From positions 2,170,001 to 2,234,000 of the forward strand of contig JAYWIR010000007.1 of NCBI GenBank assembly GCA_036172245.1: DNA of 64,000 nt, written 5' to 3'. This DNA comes from Raillietiella orientalis (lineage: Eukaryota). Positions 1-13,119 of this stretch are shown here, piece by piece. A program made the translations under genes and the position numbers. Every line of letters begins with the position of its first letter. Positions within the stretch are counted from its first letter, which is position 1. The notes beneath the pieces were generated by a model. It saw only the letters and a list, made by a program, of their open reading frames with translations. It was not told where the DNA came from and ran no database searches.

Positions 1-3000
1 AACCACGCGGAGGGAGGGAGGGGGTAAGGAATTGAGCCCTTCCTTACTGCGGACGCGCACGACTACTCCCCTCGCCATCGGACCGGAAACACGTCTCCAA
101 AGCTCTGCCCTTGAAGCAGCCAGGGGTGCCTTCGCAGTCGCGGCCGTGAAAACGGCGCTTTCCCACGGTAGTCGCAGCCATGGTAACGCCCGCTCGTCCG
201 ACCGACCGACCGCTGTCGTCTCGCTACGGAAACAACCCGCCAACAACTCCCAGTCCTTACGTTAGGCCCCCCCCTCCCCCTCAACTATCATCGTAAGAAT
301 GGCATCCCGCGTCCTCGTCTCTTGCCCGCCCTCATCGCGGGCGTCCACCCATCACGCAAGCGCGTCTGCTCTGCTCAGGAAGGACACCAAATCCGAGGTT
401 CACAGCAAGGTCAGAAGAGGGCCACGTCTCCCGGCTCCGTGCCCGGACTCACGCGTTCCGACTTTGCCGGGCTCCCCGCGCGCCACCCGCCGCTGCTCGA
501 AATCCTCTGGGTGCCGCCGGAGCCGCGGGCTGCCACCCATCCCGTGCTATGGCAGACCGAGGCAGCGTAGTGGAGAGGGACGAACGAACCGAGCCCTCGC
601 GCACCACGTGCCGATGACCCCATCCGCGCGAAGGATGGACCCGTCGTGTCTTCTCCCACGGGAAACGGTGAGACGCGAGGCGCTCGGTGGCCGCCATCCT
701 GGAGGAAGGAGAGCAGCCGCAGATCATGGGGAGGAGGAGGGAAGGTCACAGCACGAACCACGCGCGCACAATCCTCCTCCTCTTCCACCTCTACTGCTGC
801 GTCCCCCTCCCTTCCCCCCGCTGCGCCTGTGACTCGGAAAGTGGCGCACACGCGGCGGGTTGTTTCGAAGCCAGCAGGGTGCGCGGAGCACACGCTCCAG
901 AGGTGTTGTCTTGCGGCGAAGAGCGCCTCCGAGGAAGATGCCCTCTCTGTTCCCTTTCACGTCTCTGCCAAACAAAACCATCCGAATGCTGAGTGACCTC
1001 CAGGCTCGCCCCCTCCCCCCCCCCCCACTCGCACCCCGAGCTTCCCATCCCAGCCGAGGCGCAAGGGCCTTTCTGAGCTTCCTCCAAGAGACGGCGACCG
1101 CTCCGAGACCCGCTCACTCAAGCCGCGTCCATAGCAACGGCGAAGTCCCGAGGATCCCCGCGATCCAAGCATCAAAGAGAGCTCAGGTGGCGCCTTTCCC
1201 AGGACAAACTTTGCGCGGGGGTGGAAGGGGGTGGAGAGCCAGGCGTCCGCTGCCCGCCCTTCCGAGGGTCCACGTACAGAGTCCTCCAGGTCGGCGACGG
1301 TCGCGCCAGCCGGGTCGGCGCCAGGTCGCGCGGACAGTGCGGGGGGCAGAGGGAGCGAGGCGGCAGCTCGAAGTCTGCAGAGCCCGCGGCGGAGCTTGCG
1401 CGCGTGCGAGTGGGCCGATCCATGTCTCTCCGGTCTGGTCGAGGGAGGAAGAGGGCGGAGGGGATATAGGGAAGCCGGCCGTGGGGGCGACGAAGAGCAG
1501 AGAGCAGACCGGCCGCTGCAGACCTGCGGAGGGCCATGCCCGCTCGGGCACGAAGCTCATGCGTGCGCGCCTAGATCCGAGACGCGAGACAGCGCCGTTC
1601 CTCTCCCGCCGCCGCGGAGGTACCAGGCCGCGACCCGGGAGGTCACCGTCCGAAGAGAAACGTGCGAGAGATGCCTCCACACCGAGGACGAGACGGCCCG
1701 GTCACCTCCACCCCCACCTAGCCTCGCACACTTCTCTCAGCCAGGAGGAAGGGGGGAGCAGGAAGAAGCCCGAGGGCAAAAGAGGATCGGACAGGGATGG
1801 TCCGACGGAGGCGACTTTGCTCGCCTCTCCTCCCACGACGGCGCGCGCAGAGCAGAAGGGCGCGCCTTTCTGCGACAGAGCGCGAGAGGGAGCGGCGGAC
1901 GGCGCCCAGCGACGGGCTGACGACGACACGGAGAGAGGTCGGCATGGCCGCAGCAGGCGGAACCTGGGGGCGGAAGGCCTTCGGCGCCCCTCCCGGCAAC
2001 ACGCTTCCTCCCCCCTTCCTTTCCTCGCGAGTGACGTTGGTCGGACCCACCTGAGGCACCGTTGCTAGGCACCTTCCCGAGCTGGGACAAGACAAAAGCG
2101 AGGGTCGGCACCCGCTGTTCCGTGCGGCGATGCCCCTTCCCCCTGCCCACTCGAAAACCCCGCTGAGGTGTGAAGGGAGGGAATCCCCTTGAGGAGAGGA
2201 GGAAGCGAAGGGAACTCCCATCCCGGGAGGACCCGTGCGCGCCTCATCAAAGGAGGGAGCGGTGGAGGCGGTAACCTCCCACCTCGCATCCGCTCCGGCC
2301 GAGCGCTCCCTCGAAGTCGTTGGTTCGCGTCATCCTCTCAGGCTGGGTCTCCGGCCAACAGAAAGCCTGTGCTTCCCGGTCCGCGGCTTATCTGCGGCGG
2401 GCGGGAGGGGGAAGGGGGAGGAGTGACGGGGGCGAAGCGATCCCGGTCGTCCAGGACGTCCCCAGTCCCCCGCCGCCCCAGGGAGGTCGTCGGAAGGAAG
2501 GGACGACTCCTCTCGGACGCTCCACCGCGCGTCGGACGCCGAGCGAAGGATCGAACGGAGATAGAGGCGCCCTCTTCCTGCTCTCCCTTCCACGACGCTC
2601 GCCACCATCAGCAGTGCCCACCCCCTCCGAGTCGACCGACGGGACAGTCGGTGCGATCCCTACCTCCCTCTGGTCCCGGAAACACAGCGAGCTCCCCGGA
2701 GAGCGCGCGCTTACCTCGGCAGCGTCGCCGGGCAACTCGCGGTGCCGACATGGAGGGATGGAGCGCGCGAGCGTCCCTCCCTTCCGTTTCCTCGCTTCCG
2801 TCCCGACCTGTCGGGAGAGCCTCGCTCCTCCCACCCCTTCCAGAGGTCTCGCAACACGCGAGAGAGCGCGGCGGCAGTCACTGCTGCGCCCTGCAGTGGG
2901 GGAGAGGGAGAAGTTAGGTCGTTCGTCTCCTCCTCCTCTTCCTGTCGCTCTCCCCCCTTTCCCCTCAGCTCGTCTTCCCGGAGAACCCATCCCCGTAGCA

Positions 3001-4822
3001 ATCTCCTGAGGGAAAACGCGTCCTTTCTTCCCCCCTTCCAAGCTCCTCCCCTCCGCGTGGCAGTGAGAGCAGAAGGCACGCTCCCGAGGATTCCCGGGAG
3101 GGAGGCTGGCACCTCTCCCGCTCCCGCTCACCAAGGGAATGCACGCGCTCTCCGCGAGAGCGAAAAAAACGGAGGACCCAGCTCCCTCCCGGCCCCAGCC
3201 TCGGGGATGGAGTGGAGGGTGGGTCAAGGACTCCGCACCCCAACCCACGGGTCGCCGAGTCCCTGCCCCGCCGCCGGGGAACGGGGGAGGCGAGCGCAGA
3301 TGCCGCCGACCGGAGGCGGCGCCGGGGAACCGCAAGGTCCGCGTCGTACACTCAGGGGAAGGGGGGGGGGGGGGAAGCGGGCGGTCCTCCCGTGGGCGGC
3401 GCCTCCGCCCCCTCCGCCGCAGCCGGGCGAGCGACCTTCGCAGATCCCGCGAGGCGCGCGCGCGATCCTCGCGGCGGCGCCGGCGCGCACCTCGGACGGA
3501 GAGCCGTCGACGGTAACGGGAAAGAAAAGGAGGGAGGGGCCGAGGGGCTGGAGGCGGGGGCAGACCTCGCCGCGGGCGCAGGACTTGCCTCCTCCGCCGC
3601 TGCCGCGCCCTCCCATCACGAAGGGAACGAGGGCCGGGTGCGCCAGAGCGGGTTCCATCCCGCCCTGGCGCACAGCACGCGGCACGCAGTCGGCTGGAAC
3701 CGGGCTGTCGGAGCAGAGAAGAACCTGGGGTGAAAGGCAGAAGGGTCGGGAGGGAGCGGTTTCGAGGCGACGTAACACGCTCCCGGTCACGTGGGGCTCG
3801 CACCGGGATCCTTGCATTCCGAGAGCGCTCTCGCGCCAACCTGCAGTCCCTCCCCCGCGTGCGCGCATTCCAACGGTTGTTAGGTGCGCGCTCTCCCGGA
3901 GCCGCCCCGCGCCTCCCCCTCCTCTTCGTACCAGGTCGCATCCCACTTTTGCGAGGAAGACAGGCGGAGGTGAGGAAGAGGGGACGAGGAAGGCAGGAGC
4001 GAATGAGGGAGAGGAGATGCCGCCGACCAGTGCCGACGGTGCGCGCGCGGGGAGCTGCAGCGTATGCGGGGGAGGAAGGGGGACCACAAAAAAAAAAAAA
4101 AACGGAAAGAAGGGGAGAGGAAGGTCGCGGCAGGCACCGCCGCACGAGCGGGATGAGCAGCGGCGACGACGGCATGAAGGGGATAGGAAAAGAAAACAGG
4201 GAACCGCGGGCCGAAAAGGGGGGGGGGGCACTGCCTCCGGACGAAGACGGTCGTGTCCGCCTCCGCGTGGAGCTGCTGCTGCTGCTGCGCGCCCATGGCA
4301 ACGAGCCGGTCGTCGAAGAGGAGAGGGGGGAGAGGGAGAGAGGAAGATGCGAAAGAAGAGGAAAAGGGGAGGGGGAGGAGGCATCCTCGTCCGTCAGTGA
4401 TTTACGAAGGGTGGGAGACAAAGACGACCCGAGGCTACAGAAGCCATGCGAACCAACATTTGATCTCCCGACAGCTGTCGTCCGAGAGGAGGGACGAGAC
4501 GGGAAGGGGGAGGAGGATGAGGAGAGAGGAGAGGCGGAAAAGAAGGGGAGGAAAGAAAAGGGGAGGAAGAAAAGAAAGAAAGAAGAAAAAAAAGGCAGAG
4601 GGAGGAGAGCCTGAGGGGAGAGAGGCGAAAGGCCGGTGCACGGGCGCTGCTGGGAAATTCTCGCAGCATCTGGTCAGAGCCAGGCGACGCGGAGAGCGCG
4701 TGGCCTCCCGCGCATGCGCTGCCTCGCACTCCGAGTAGCGTCGTCGTCGTCGTCGTCTGCGATCGCCGCCGCAAATTCGGGGCTCCCGCTCCCCCCTCTT
4801 CCCCCCATCAATCCAGCGATCA

Positions 4823-4878
4823 GGGAGCGCGCGGCGGGAAAGCGGAAAAGGGGAGCGCGCGGCGGGAAAGCGGAAAAG
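4823..4878. repeat. Perfect 28-bp tandem duplication
   Basis: gggagcgcgcggcgggaaagcggaaaag x2. Confidence 0.9.
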
Positions 4879-7435
4879 GGGAGCGAGCGAGCGGACGCTC
4901 GCTCGTTCGTGCGCCTCTTCCAGGATGATGAGGAAAGGGAAACGAGGGGGAGCGGTTCCAGCGTTCTTTCCCCCCCCCCCTCCCCCCCCTTTCCTTTCCG
5001 GCCGCCGCTCGATCCCTCCCTCTTCGTCCTTCTGGAAAGGAGTGGACGCGTGGGAGGGAGCAGTTCCTCCGCGCGAGCAGGCGCGCGCGAGGAAAGGGGT
5101 GGGTGGTGTGTGCCTACGTTGCCGCCAGCGTCGCCATAATCCAGCACCGCTGGCAGCGCTCCCGCTGCCGTCCCATCGCCAGCGGCGCCGTTGCCATTGG
5201 CGTCGCCACCCTCCCCGTTACCACGACTCCCTCTGCCACTACCGCGATCGCTGCTATTCTTAGTAGCGGTACTTCGGAAACCGCTGCTTCCCTCCCTCCA
5301 CGAGTCTTCCACTACCGTCTAACGCCTCGAACGCCGCTGCCATTGGCAACGTCTGCCATCGCAGGAAACGTTGCTGCCCCCAGCCAGGCCCCACCCCCAT
5401 CTCGATATCTACCACTGGCGCCTGCCTTTACTAGCGCTGAGGCCGTACCACGTGTTCCGGCGGAGCGCATCCCCCCCCCTCCTCCTCCCCGCAGCAATCG
5501 CTCGTCTCCCGGCTCCAGGAATAGCGAGGAGAAAGGCGGCGGCCGCCCGGGAGCCTGCCGACGGACCGGGGGTGAAGGGAAGAGGGAAAAGCACGAGAGG
5601 GGGATCTTCGAGGAAACGGAGAGCTCTCGCCCTCCTCCCCTCCCACCTGCCGGCAGACGTCTCTTCCCGGACAAGCGAGGAGGGCGGGAAGCGGGGGATG
5701 CGGAAGCACTCCCGAGGGGGACAACTCGCGACGGGCGTCCCTCGTACAGGGGAGGAGGGGGGTGGGATGGACGGGAGAGGAGTGTTCCGATGCGCCCTCT
5801 TACGGAGGCGGTGATGGTCGAGCGATATACGCCTTTCCGGCGTCTCCGAGGCAACCGCGAAACGGACGTTCGCCACGAGGGAGTCTGTTCCTTCCGCCGC
5901 CCCGCCGGACGATCCGGAGGGGCGGGACGGCCAGTGAGGACTCTGCGGCGTGCCGGGAGAATGTGACCCACCCGCTTCCCTCAACCTTCCTCGCGGGATG
6001 GGTGGTGGGGGGGACATCCACCCCAAAAACGCCTTCGCGCGCGCGCACACTCCGAGCAGGCGCAGAAGGACTCACCCGGGCGCTTCCCGAAGACCACGGC
6101 CACCAGGACGATCCACAGGCACCTGCGGGGGAGGAGCAGGGCAGTCGCGGGTTCCATGCCGCTGGGGCGTCGACGCCTGCGCGGAATCTTCGCACTTCCT
6201 TCCTGCGCGCGACTCCCGGGATCTCCCGCGGAGAGGCGATGGGGGACTCTGGGGGAACGAGGGGTGGGCGCGGGCGGAGAGCCGGCGGACGACCGAAGAG
6301 AGGGAGGAGGAGCGGAGAAAAACGCACGGGGTGGCACTGGGCGTTCAGCTGCTGCGTGGGTCAAGGAACTAGGAAAGGGGGAGAGACAGATTACGTCACG
6401 GGCATGCGCGAGGGGGCACGCCTCCCCGACGCCCCTGTCGCGGTGGAGGCGCCCCTTCCCCCTTCCCTCGATTCCCGTCCCGACCCCTTCTTCGGGAGCG
6501 CGCCTCCCTGCCCTCCGACCCTCTACCCCCTTCCCCACTCCCTCCCGGACGACCCTCCGTGATTTGGGAGGCAGGGGAGGTCAGCGTGCCGCAGCGCGGC
6601 GGCGGCGGCGAGAGCCGCGTGGTTCCTCCTCCCACCAGCTCGCTCTCTCGCGCGCTCCTTTCTCCTCCTCCGTTTTCGTTCCGCGGGGAAAAGAATTCCC
6701 CTCTTTTCCCGGATGCTGGCTGGCAAGGTCCTCGTCAGCCCGTCTGGGCGCAGCGCAGGGAGCTACGGGATGGCGCACGCTGCAGCGTGTGGAAGGCGGG
6801 AGAGGGAGGAGGGCAGTCGCAGCGATGAGCCGGGGAAGAAGGTGGCGGTGGTCCCGGTGGGCGGAGTTCCTCGGGAACCCGCGCACGGTGGCGGAGGGGG
6901 GGGTCGATGCGAGGGGTGGCGAGAGGGCGCGGATGGGGGAGGAGGCGAGCGGAGGGAGGGGAAGGGAGCACAGGGAGAAGGGGGGTGGGGGCAGAGGCGA
7001 AACAGCTGCTGCGGGCGCAGCCTGAGGGGTCGGAGGGGGCGATCCACCAGCACCACCAGCACCACCTGCGTGTCCCGCGCGCGAGACACGCGCGCGCGAG
7101 CACCACACGGGAAAAAGGGGGAGGGGAAGGGAAGGACGAACACGAAAGAGCAGCAACAGCCAGCCAGCCGCCCGGGCTGGAGAAGCGCGCGCGCGACGGC
7201 GTTGCTGCCGCAGCCGTCCGCGCCGACGCGCACCCAGCGCAAGGCAACGCGACTGAGCGGCGAGAGCGACTCCCAGCAACTCGCCAATCCGCCACCGCGG
7301 CTTCGCTTCCTCCTTTCTTCTTCCTCCCTCCCTCCCTCCCCCCCCCCTCTCCTCCTCCTCCTCCGTACTCCTCCCCTTCCTCTCGATCTTGCCGACCGAG
7401 AGACGCCCCGCTCCCGGCAAGCGCAGGCTGCCGCC

Positions 7436-7458
7436 GCTGCTGCTGCTGCTGCTGCTGC
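7436..7458. repeat. (GCT)n microsatellite
   Basis: Seven perfect GCT units. Confidence 0.85.
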
Positions 7459-10400
7459 AACAGCGGAGGCAGTAAGCGTTGGGTGACGCCATCGGGAGGA
7501 AAGGAGGGCGACTGGCGCTCACTCGCGCGGTGGCAGCTGGAACCTCGGAAGCTTCCTCTCTTTGCCGCATGCGGCATGGGCGAACCTTTCGAGAGGTTCT
7601 CCGGAAGCTCTGGCAGACCCCTCTGAGACCACCCCGAAAGGGATCGTGGGATGGAGGAGAGGGAGTGAGAGGTGCCACGTGGATGTAAATCCAGGATAAG
7701 CCTTCTTTTCCCTGATGCTTTCCGGAGTGGCGGTCTCGTTTCCCGACAAAGGGAGAGAAGCTCCGTATGTCAGAAATACGACGCGAGATGGCGGCGGAGC
7801 GGGCGAACGGCTTGCTGCGAGACGACGAACTTTTCGACCGCAACGTGTGGGGAGAAAGTGGGGAAGGGAAGCGCGGAGAATGTTGGCTGCTTTCCTAGCC
7901 TTCCTATGCGCGGTCCGGCAATGCGGAACTGCTCCCCCTCCCAGAGGAGGGAAACGCAACTCTGGAGCTGGAAACCCTTGGTCCAGGACCTCCCCTTCCC
8001 CCTTCCCTCCCTCGCTTGTTCCGTCCCCGTCGAAGAGCCGACTGCTGCTCCCCGGAGGCGGACGGGAGGATCCGCGGGGAAGCGACGGCAACCTTCCACA
8101 CGGACACTGGAAACCTTCGAGGGCAAACGGAGCTTTCGCTTCCTGCTTCCCCTTTCTTCCAGGATCCCTTCTACCCCGAAAACCACCGATCGAAAGAACC
8201 GTCGAAATCGAAGAACCCCCCGATCGCCTCCTTATCAACCCCCACCCTGGTGAGATCGCGCCGTCTCCTTCCGGCTTACGGGAGGCACTGGCACGGCCGT
8301 CCTGGAACCGGACGTCTCTTCAACAATGGTTCCAGTGGGAACGGCGCGCCTGCCATACCTCCCCTCCCTCCTCCCCTTTCGGCGCACGTTCCCGAACCCG
8401 AGTGAGGGAAGCGAAGATGACGCGCCCTCACTCCGCTGTCCTCGTCCTTCTGCTTCGAGCCAAGGAGAGGAGGAACGACATCTTTCCGAGAGTGCAGCTT
8501 CCCGTCGAAGAGATGGGTACCTCTCTGGAGGTTCCGAAACATCCCTCCTGCATCCAGCCCCTCTCCAACCCGGAGTCCCTCAGTCGCCTTTCCATCGTTG
8601 GTTCTGTCTGATTCCGTAGCCCTTACTTGTCCAGAGAAGCGAAGCGCGCTTGTGCCGTGCCCCGAATCCCCCTGGACCATCAGCAACGGGACCCGAGCCA
8701 GCTCGTGGGGCGTAGAGGTGGGTCCCTGCGGAGCGCACGTTCCCCTGGATTTTATCCTTCTCTCTGTCTCTGTCTCTCTCTCTCTCTCACCCTCCCCTCT
8801 CCCTTTCAAGAGAACCAAGGAAAGAGGACACGGAGCTTCCGTCTCTCAAGGCTCTCTCTGCCTTCCCCGATATCCCGGAAAGACCGCTGATTGGGATGAA
8901 GGAAGATGTTCAGCATCCCTGCGCCTGCATCCGCAGCGGCGCATGCGACCCAGGAGGTACCTCGGGACACTTCCCTAGGAAGAGGGAAGAGGAAGAGTCC
9001 CGGAATGGGGAAAAGAGAGGGACAGGATACTCCGTGCCCCCTAGCCAATGTCGTCGCTACACCCGCTTGGAAGGAAGTTCCGTTGTCGGGGCGACGGCAA
9101 CGGGTCACTTTCGGAGCAGAAACCTCCCCCGTATCCCTCCCTGCTCTCTCCCATGGAAGTCCACCCTTCCTGCTCCTGCTCTTCCCGAAGGGGCGATGAA
9201 AGGAGAATGGGGGGTTCGCTCCCGATGCTTTCTCTGCTCCTTCCTCCTCCCCCACCCCCCCAACCGCCGCTGCCGTCCCTGTTCCTGGAGACAGTTTGGC
9301 TGGTAAAACCTTTCCCGGAAGGTGTACCCTGTGTCCAAGGGCCTTAGAGAGCTGTCCATTTCCTCCCCCCCCCCCACTTCCGTCTTTCCCGCCCTTCCTT
9401 CCAGGAGTCAGTACCGACTCCTCCCGGCTGTGCCTCCGCGCCTCCAAGAAGGTCGTTTTTCCCGACGTCCAGGGCGACCCGCCGTCAAGGTACAAAGCGC
9501 GCCGGAGCGAACCCGAGGAAAGGGAAGCCTTCCATCAGCCCATCTCCATCTTCCCTCCATCTCTTCTCACCCGGCCCCACCCCGACAACGAGTCCGCGCG
9601 CTCCGCCTTCGACGACCGAACACGCGGGATTTCCCGTGCGCGCGAGTCCGACCGACGAGGTTTCCAGGCAACTCCCCCGCTCCAGCTTGGGTGCGCCCGC
9701 GCGCATCCTCCACGGAAGGGGGTAAAGTAGGGGGTCCGATCGTGCTTCCTCGCGATCCCCCTTTTGTCGGAAATGGGGAGGCGCGTCCCAAGTCATCTGG
9801 CTGACGCCCCCGCAGGCCTTCGCAAATGGGTGGAAGAAGGGCACGCAAAAGGAGGGCTTGACAAGCTTTTGGAGAGGTCACGGGACAACCAGGACCCTCA
9901 TTCTACACCCTTTCTCCCCCCTTCCCTCGACACCACCTCGAATGCGGCGAGAAAGCGCGCGCCGCCGATGTCATCCTCTCGACTCGGTCGGTCGGTAGCG
10001 GAGCACGGATTTTCCTTTCAGGTCAACTTCCTCTTCCCCTCCTCTTGTGACCTCATGCGGGGGGATACGGGGAAGGGTCACAGACGCGAGGAGGTCAGGG
10101 ATTCTAGCCCACTACCTTGGACAGAACCAACCTGCAACCGCACGCCGAGGCGCGCGTTTCGCTTCCCGACTCTCCCCCCTCCCTTTCCCCCTCCTCCCTG
10201 TCCCCATTCTCATCAAAAAAAAATGAAAAAAGGCTTGTGCGCTTGCGTGGCTTTCTGACGCTCTCGCGAGTCGCATGGTCTCCACGCACCGGGAGCATGC
10301 GCTTCCCCGCTCTCGCAAGCTCAGGAATGGGAAGCAGGCGAGCGAGGAACGAGGAGGGGGGTAGAGGCTGGAAGGGTACTCCCAGCAGCAACAAAGGGGT

Positions 10401-11154
10401 TCCTATCCAGAGGAACCCCGCGTCCTTGAGCTGCAGTAGGAAGAAGGTGACTCTTCCCCTGCTATTCGCGCTCGCCGCCAGGCAACGGGATGCCACCCTG
10501 ATCACCCCTTCGCCAGCTTGGCCATAAGCGCGAAGGTAGCAAGGCGAGGAAACCATCCTCGCCGCAGGGCAGAGGTCTCCACATGCAGGTCGAGCTGACG
10601 CCGACCTCAGCCGTGGGCGCCGGCCTCACCAGCGCGCAGGAAAGATGCGAGAGTCTGAGGTCTCTGCAACAAAAACTGAAGACCGGAGCCGTGAGCTTTC
10701 TCCTCTTTCCCGTTCTCCATCTTCCCTCGTCCTCTTCCCTTCGGCTTCAGGGGCGCTCAGTGGGAAACGTGTTGGGACCATTTTCCCGAACTTCCCGCTC
10801 CGCGCGCGCGCTCCTCTCCCTGGAATGGCCCAGTCCCAAGAAAAGAGTGCAGGAAGGCGAGGTGCATGTCTGGGAAAGTTCCTGCGCCATCCGCGCGAAC
10901 CACCCGCGTGGCCACCATTAGCCGAGGTCAAAGAAGACATCTGTGACCCTTCGGATGAGCTGGCTGCCAGTTAGCTGTTTCCTCTTGTCTTACGCGAGGT
11001 AGGCTGGTTGGCAGCCCCCAGCGCGGGACAAGAGGTTGGCCCGCATAAGGCAAGAGGTTTCTATTTTCACAACCCGAGAGGAGCCGCGAAGGGAACCGGT
11101 GCTCCTTGATTCCCAGAATGACCGCGGAAGGTCAAACCTTCAATGCCAGCCAGT

Positions 11155-11358
11155 CAATGGCATCATCCTGTTTCCACCAGTGCCGCACCTATGCCAACCG
11201 AAGCCAACCAGCATCATCTTACAGGAGAGGGGGAGGACTCGAAACCCACGACGACGCACACTCCATTCTCGGAGTCGATCCTTCCTTGGGAGGGATTCGA
11301 ACCTGCAACGCTTAGTACAACGTGTGGAGACTGCAGCCGCACGGCTGTCAGAGCGGGC
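11155..11358 (-). mobile_element. tRNA-derived SINE-like repeat
   Basis: B box GGTTCGAATCC (11293-11303, reverse complement) plus a second B-box-like GTTTCGAGTCC; alignable over about 200 bp to 12932-13119. Confidence 0.6.
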
Positions 11359-11364
11359 TGGTGC

Positions 11365-12320
11365 GCCAGCTCTTTTCCGTTCTTCACTCTTTAGAAGGCA
11401 CGGACCACCTCCCGGGTTCTGCAATGACCTCGCCTGGTTCGTGGCTCTCGTCCCAGAACGCGCCGACCTTATCGCTCCGCAGGAGAGACCAAAGAGCGGT
11501 AGGGCAACGAGCGAGCTGGTGGACGCCGGCATCCTCGTTCCCAGGCGAAGGGACTACTTCGGGGAAGCGAACTTCTGGGTGTTCCCTCCCACGAAATCGT
11601 GGTTCCTCCCCTTATGTTTGAACACTTCTGTGTTTTTCCTTAAGCTGGAGACAGGCTGTTCTGCTGCTGCTGTTTCTGCACCGGGGATTCCCTTGCAATC
11701 TGCGTTTGTACCTCGTGTCCGGAGGAGCCGCTTCTCCGGACTGCTCCAAGTGCAGCTCGGTGGAATCGATCCTGCACCTGCTTTTGGACTGGGAAGACCT
11801 CCGAGAACACTGGAGAAGCCAGACTGCGGTGCTCCACAGCCAGGGAGTTTCCCTGTCCGTGGTCTGAGCGGCGATTCTTTGAGAACGGCGGAGCTCTCAA
11901 CAGGAGCAGCGATCGCGGCGAGACACCGCCGCCACAGTGCGCCACATCTTAGAGAAGGAAGGACAGGGATGGGAGGTCACTCTCATGGCAGCTGTCAGCA
12001 TGAAAACGGTTGCTAAGTGGCCTAACCTAGGAGAGAAAGTCAAGGCGGAGATCGCCGGCATCCAGCGACGGTTCTAGGAGGAAGGAACGGTCCCTGCCCC
12101 CTCCCTTCCGTTTCGGAATTTTCCGGTGCTGGAGAAGGAACGGGAGAAGCCAAAAAACTTGCCTCTGCCATCCTATCTTTCTTTCTTTATCATACTCTCC
12201 CACCTGTTGTGGACTTCCGGAGTGACCGACCTACGTGTCGGTGCTCCCTGCTTTTGAGCTCGTTATTATTCAGGAACTGGCTTGTACCTTCCCGAATCAA
12301 TGACGGAAGTGAAAATCCTT
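11365..12320 (+). mobile_element. Decayed LINE 3' fragment, second subfamily
   Basis: TSELVDA..KGLLRGSELLGVP; FLHRGFPCN...CSKCSSVESILHLLLD; 3' UTR ttccggagtgaccgacctacgtgtcggtg. Confidence 0.78.
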
Positions 12321-12931
12321 TGGGGGCTCTCTTCTGTCTCCGCTGTTTTCCTTCCAGCTTTTTTTTTTGTTTTTGGTTCGCTGGGTACCTCAAGAGCCGT
12401 CGCGTCACAGGCGGCGGCTCACGCATCTCTTTGACACTGTTTCACCTAACCCGAAGGTGCGTGTAATTCTTCAAGATAGAGGGTACTTGGGAGAAGACCC
12501 CCCTATGAATCCAGGAGGGGCTCGGAGTCCTTTCTTCTCACGCCTGGGGAGGGATCTCCGAAGGGAACCTCCACCCTGGTTGTCTCTGAAAGGAACCCCG
12601 AAGGAATCTCCATCTTTATTCTCTCCGAGAGACCCCGGAGGGGTCCTCTTCATTTTCATTTTAGGAGAGAAACCGCGAGGAAATTGCTCCTGTTTACTTC
12701 TCTGAAGTGAACCCCGAAAAGACGCTTCCCAAATCCAGAAGGACGCTCCCCAAACGGAGCAGCACTCTTGTCTGCACTCTCTGGAGAGGTGGCGGCACAC
12801 CTATTCCATGGAACGACACGGAGGATCTTCCTAGAAGGAAGGATCTGCTCCTTCACAGCCTGGGGGCAGCTTCCACTCCTTGATTCCTGGAAGGACCCGA
12901 AGGTCGACTCCCATTGTCCCGGCCGTCATCG

Positions 12932-13119
12932 GGGGCATCCGGGTTTAACCGCTCCCAGTACCGCATCCGGATGAATGTATGCCAACCAGCGTCATCTTGC
13001 AGGAGGAACTCGAACCCACGACGCACCCATCTCTCGGCATCGACTCTTTCAGGGAATTCGAACCCGCGACAACTGGTGTCACGGGAGGAGACCGCAATCA
13101 CGTGGCCTCCGACGCGGGC
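12932..13119 (-). mobile_element. tRNA-derived SINE-like repeat
   Basis: GGTTCGAATTCC and GGTTCGAGTTCC boxes; homologous to 11155-11358. Confidence 0.6.

Noticed and set aside
7735..7790. IRSFSPFVGKR on the minus strand as a neuropeptide-like motif
   Set aside because: Single occurrence, no signal peptide, no exon support.
860..8611. Long ORFs up to 677 aa on both strands in the GC-rich block
   Set aside because: Arg/Pro/Gly/Ser low-complexity translations overlapping in several frames, with no domain; expected from stop-codon scarcity at high GC.
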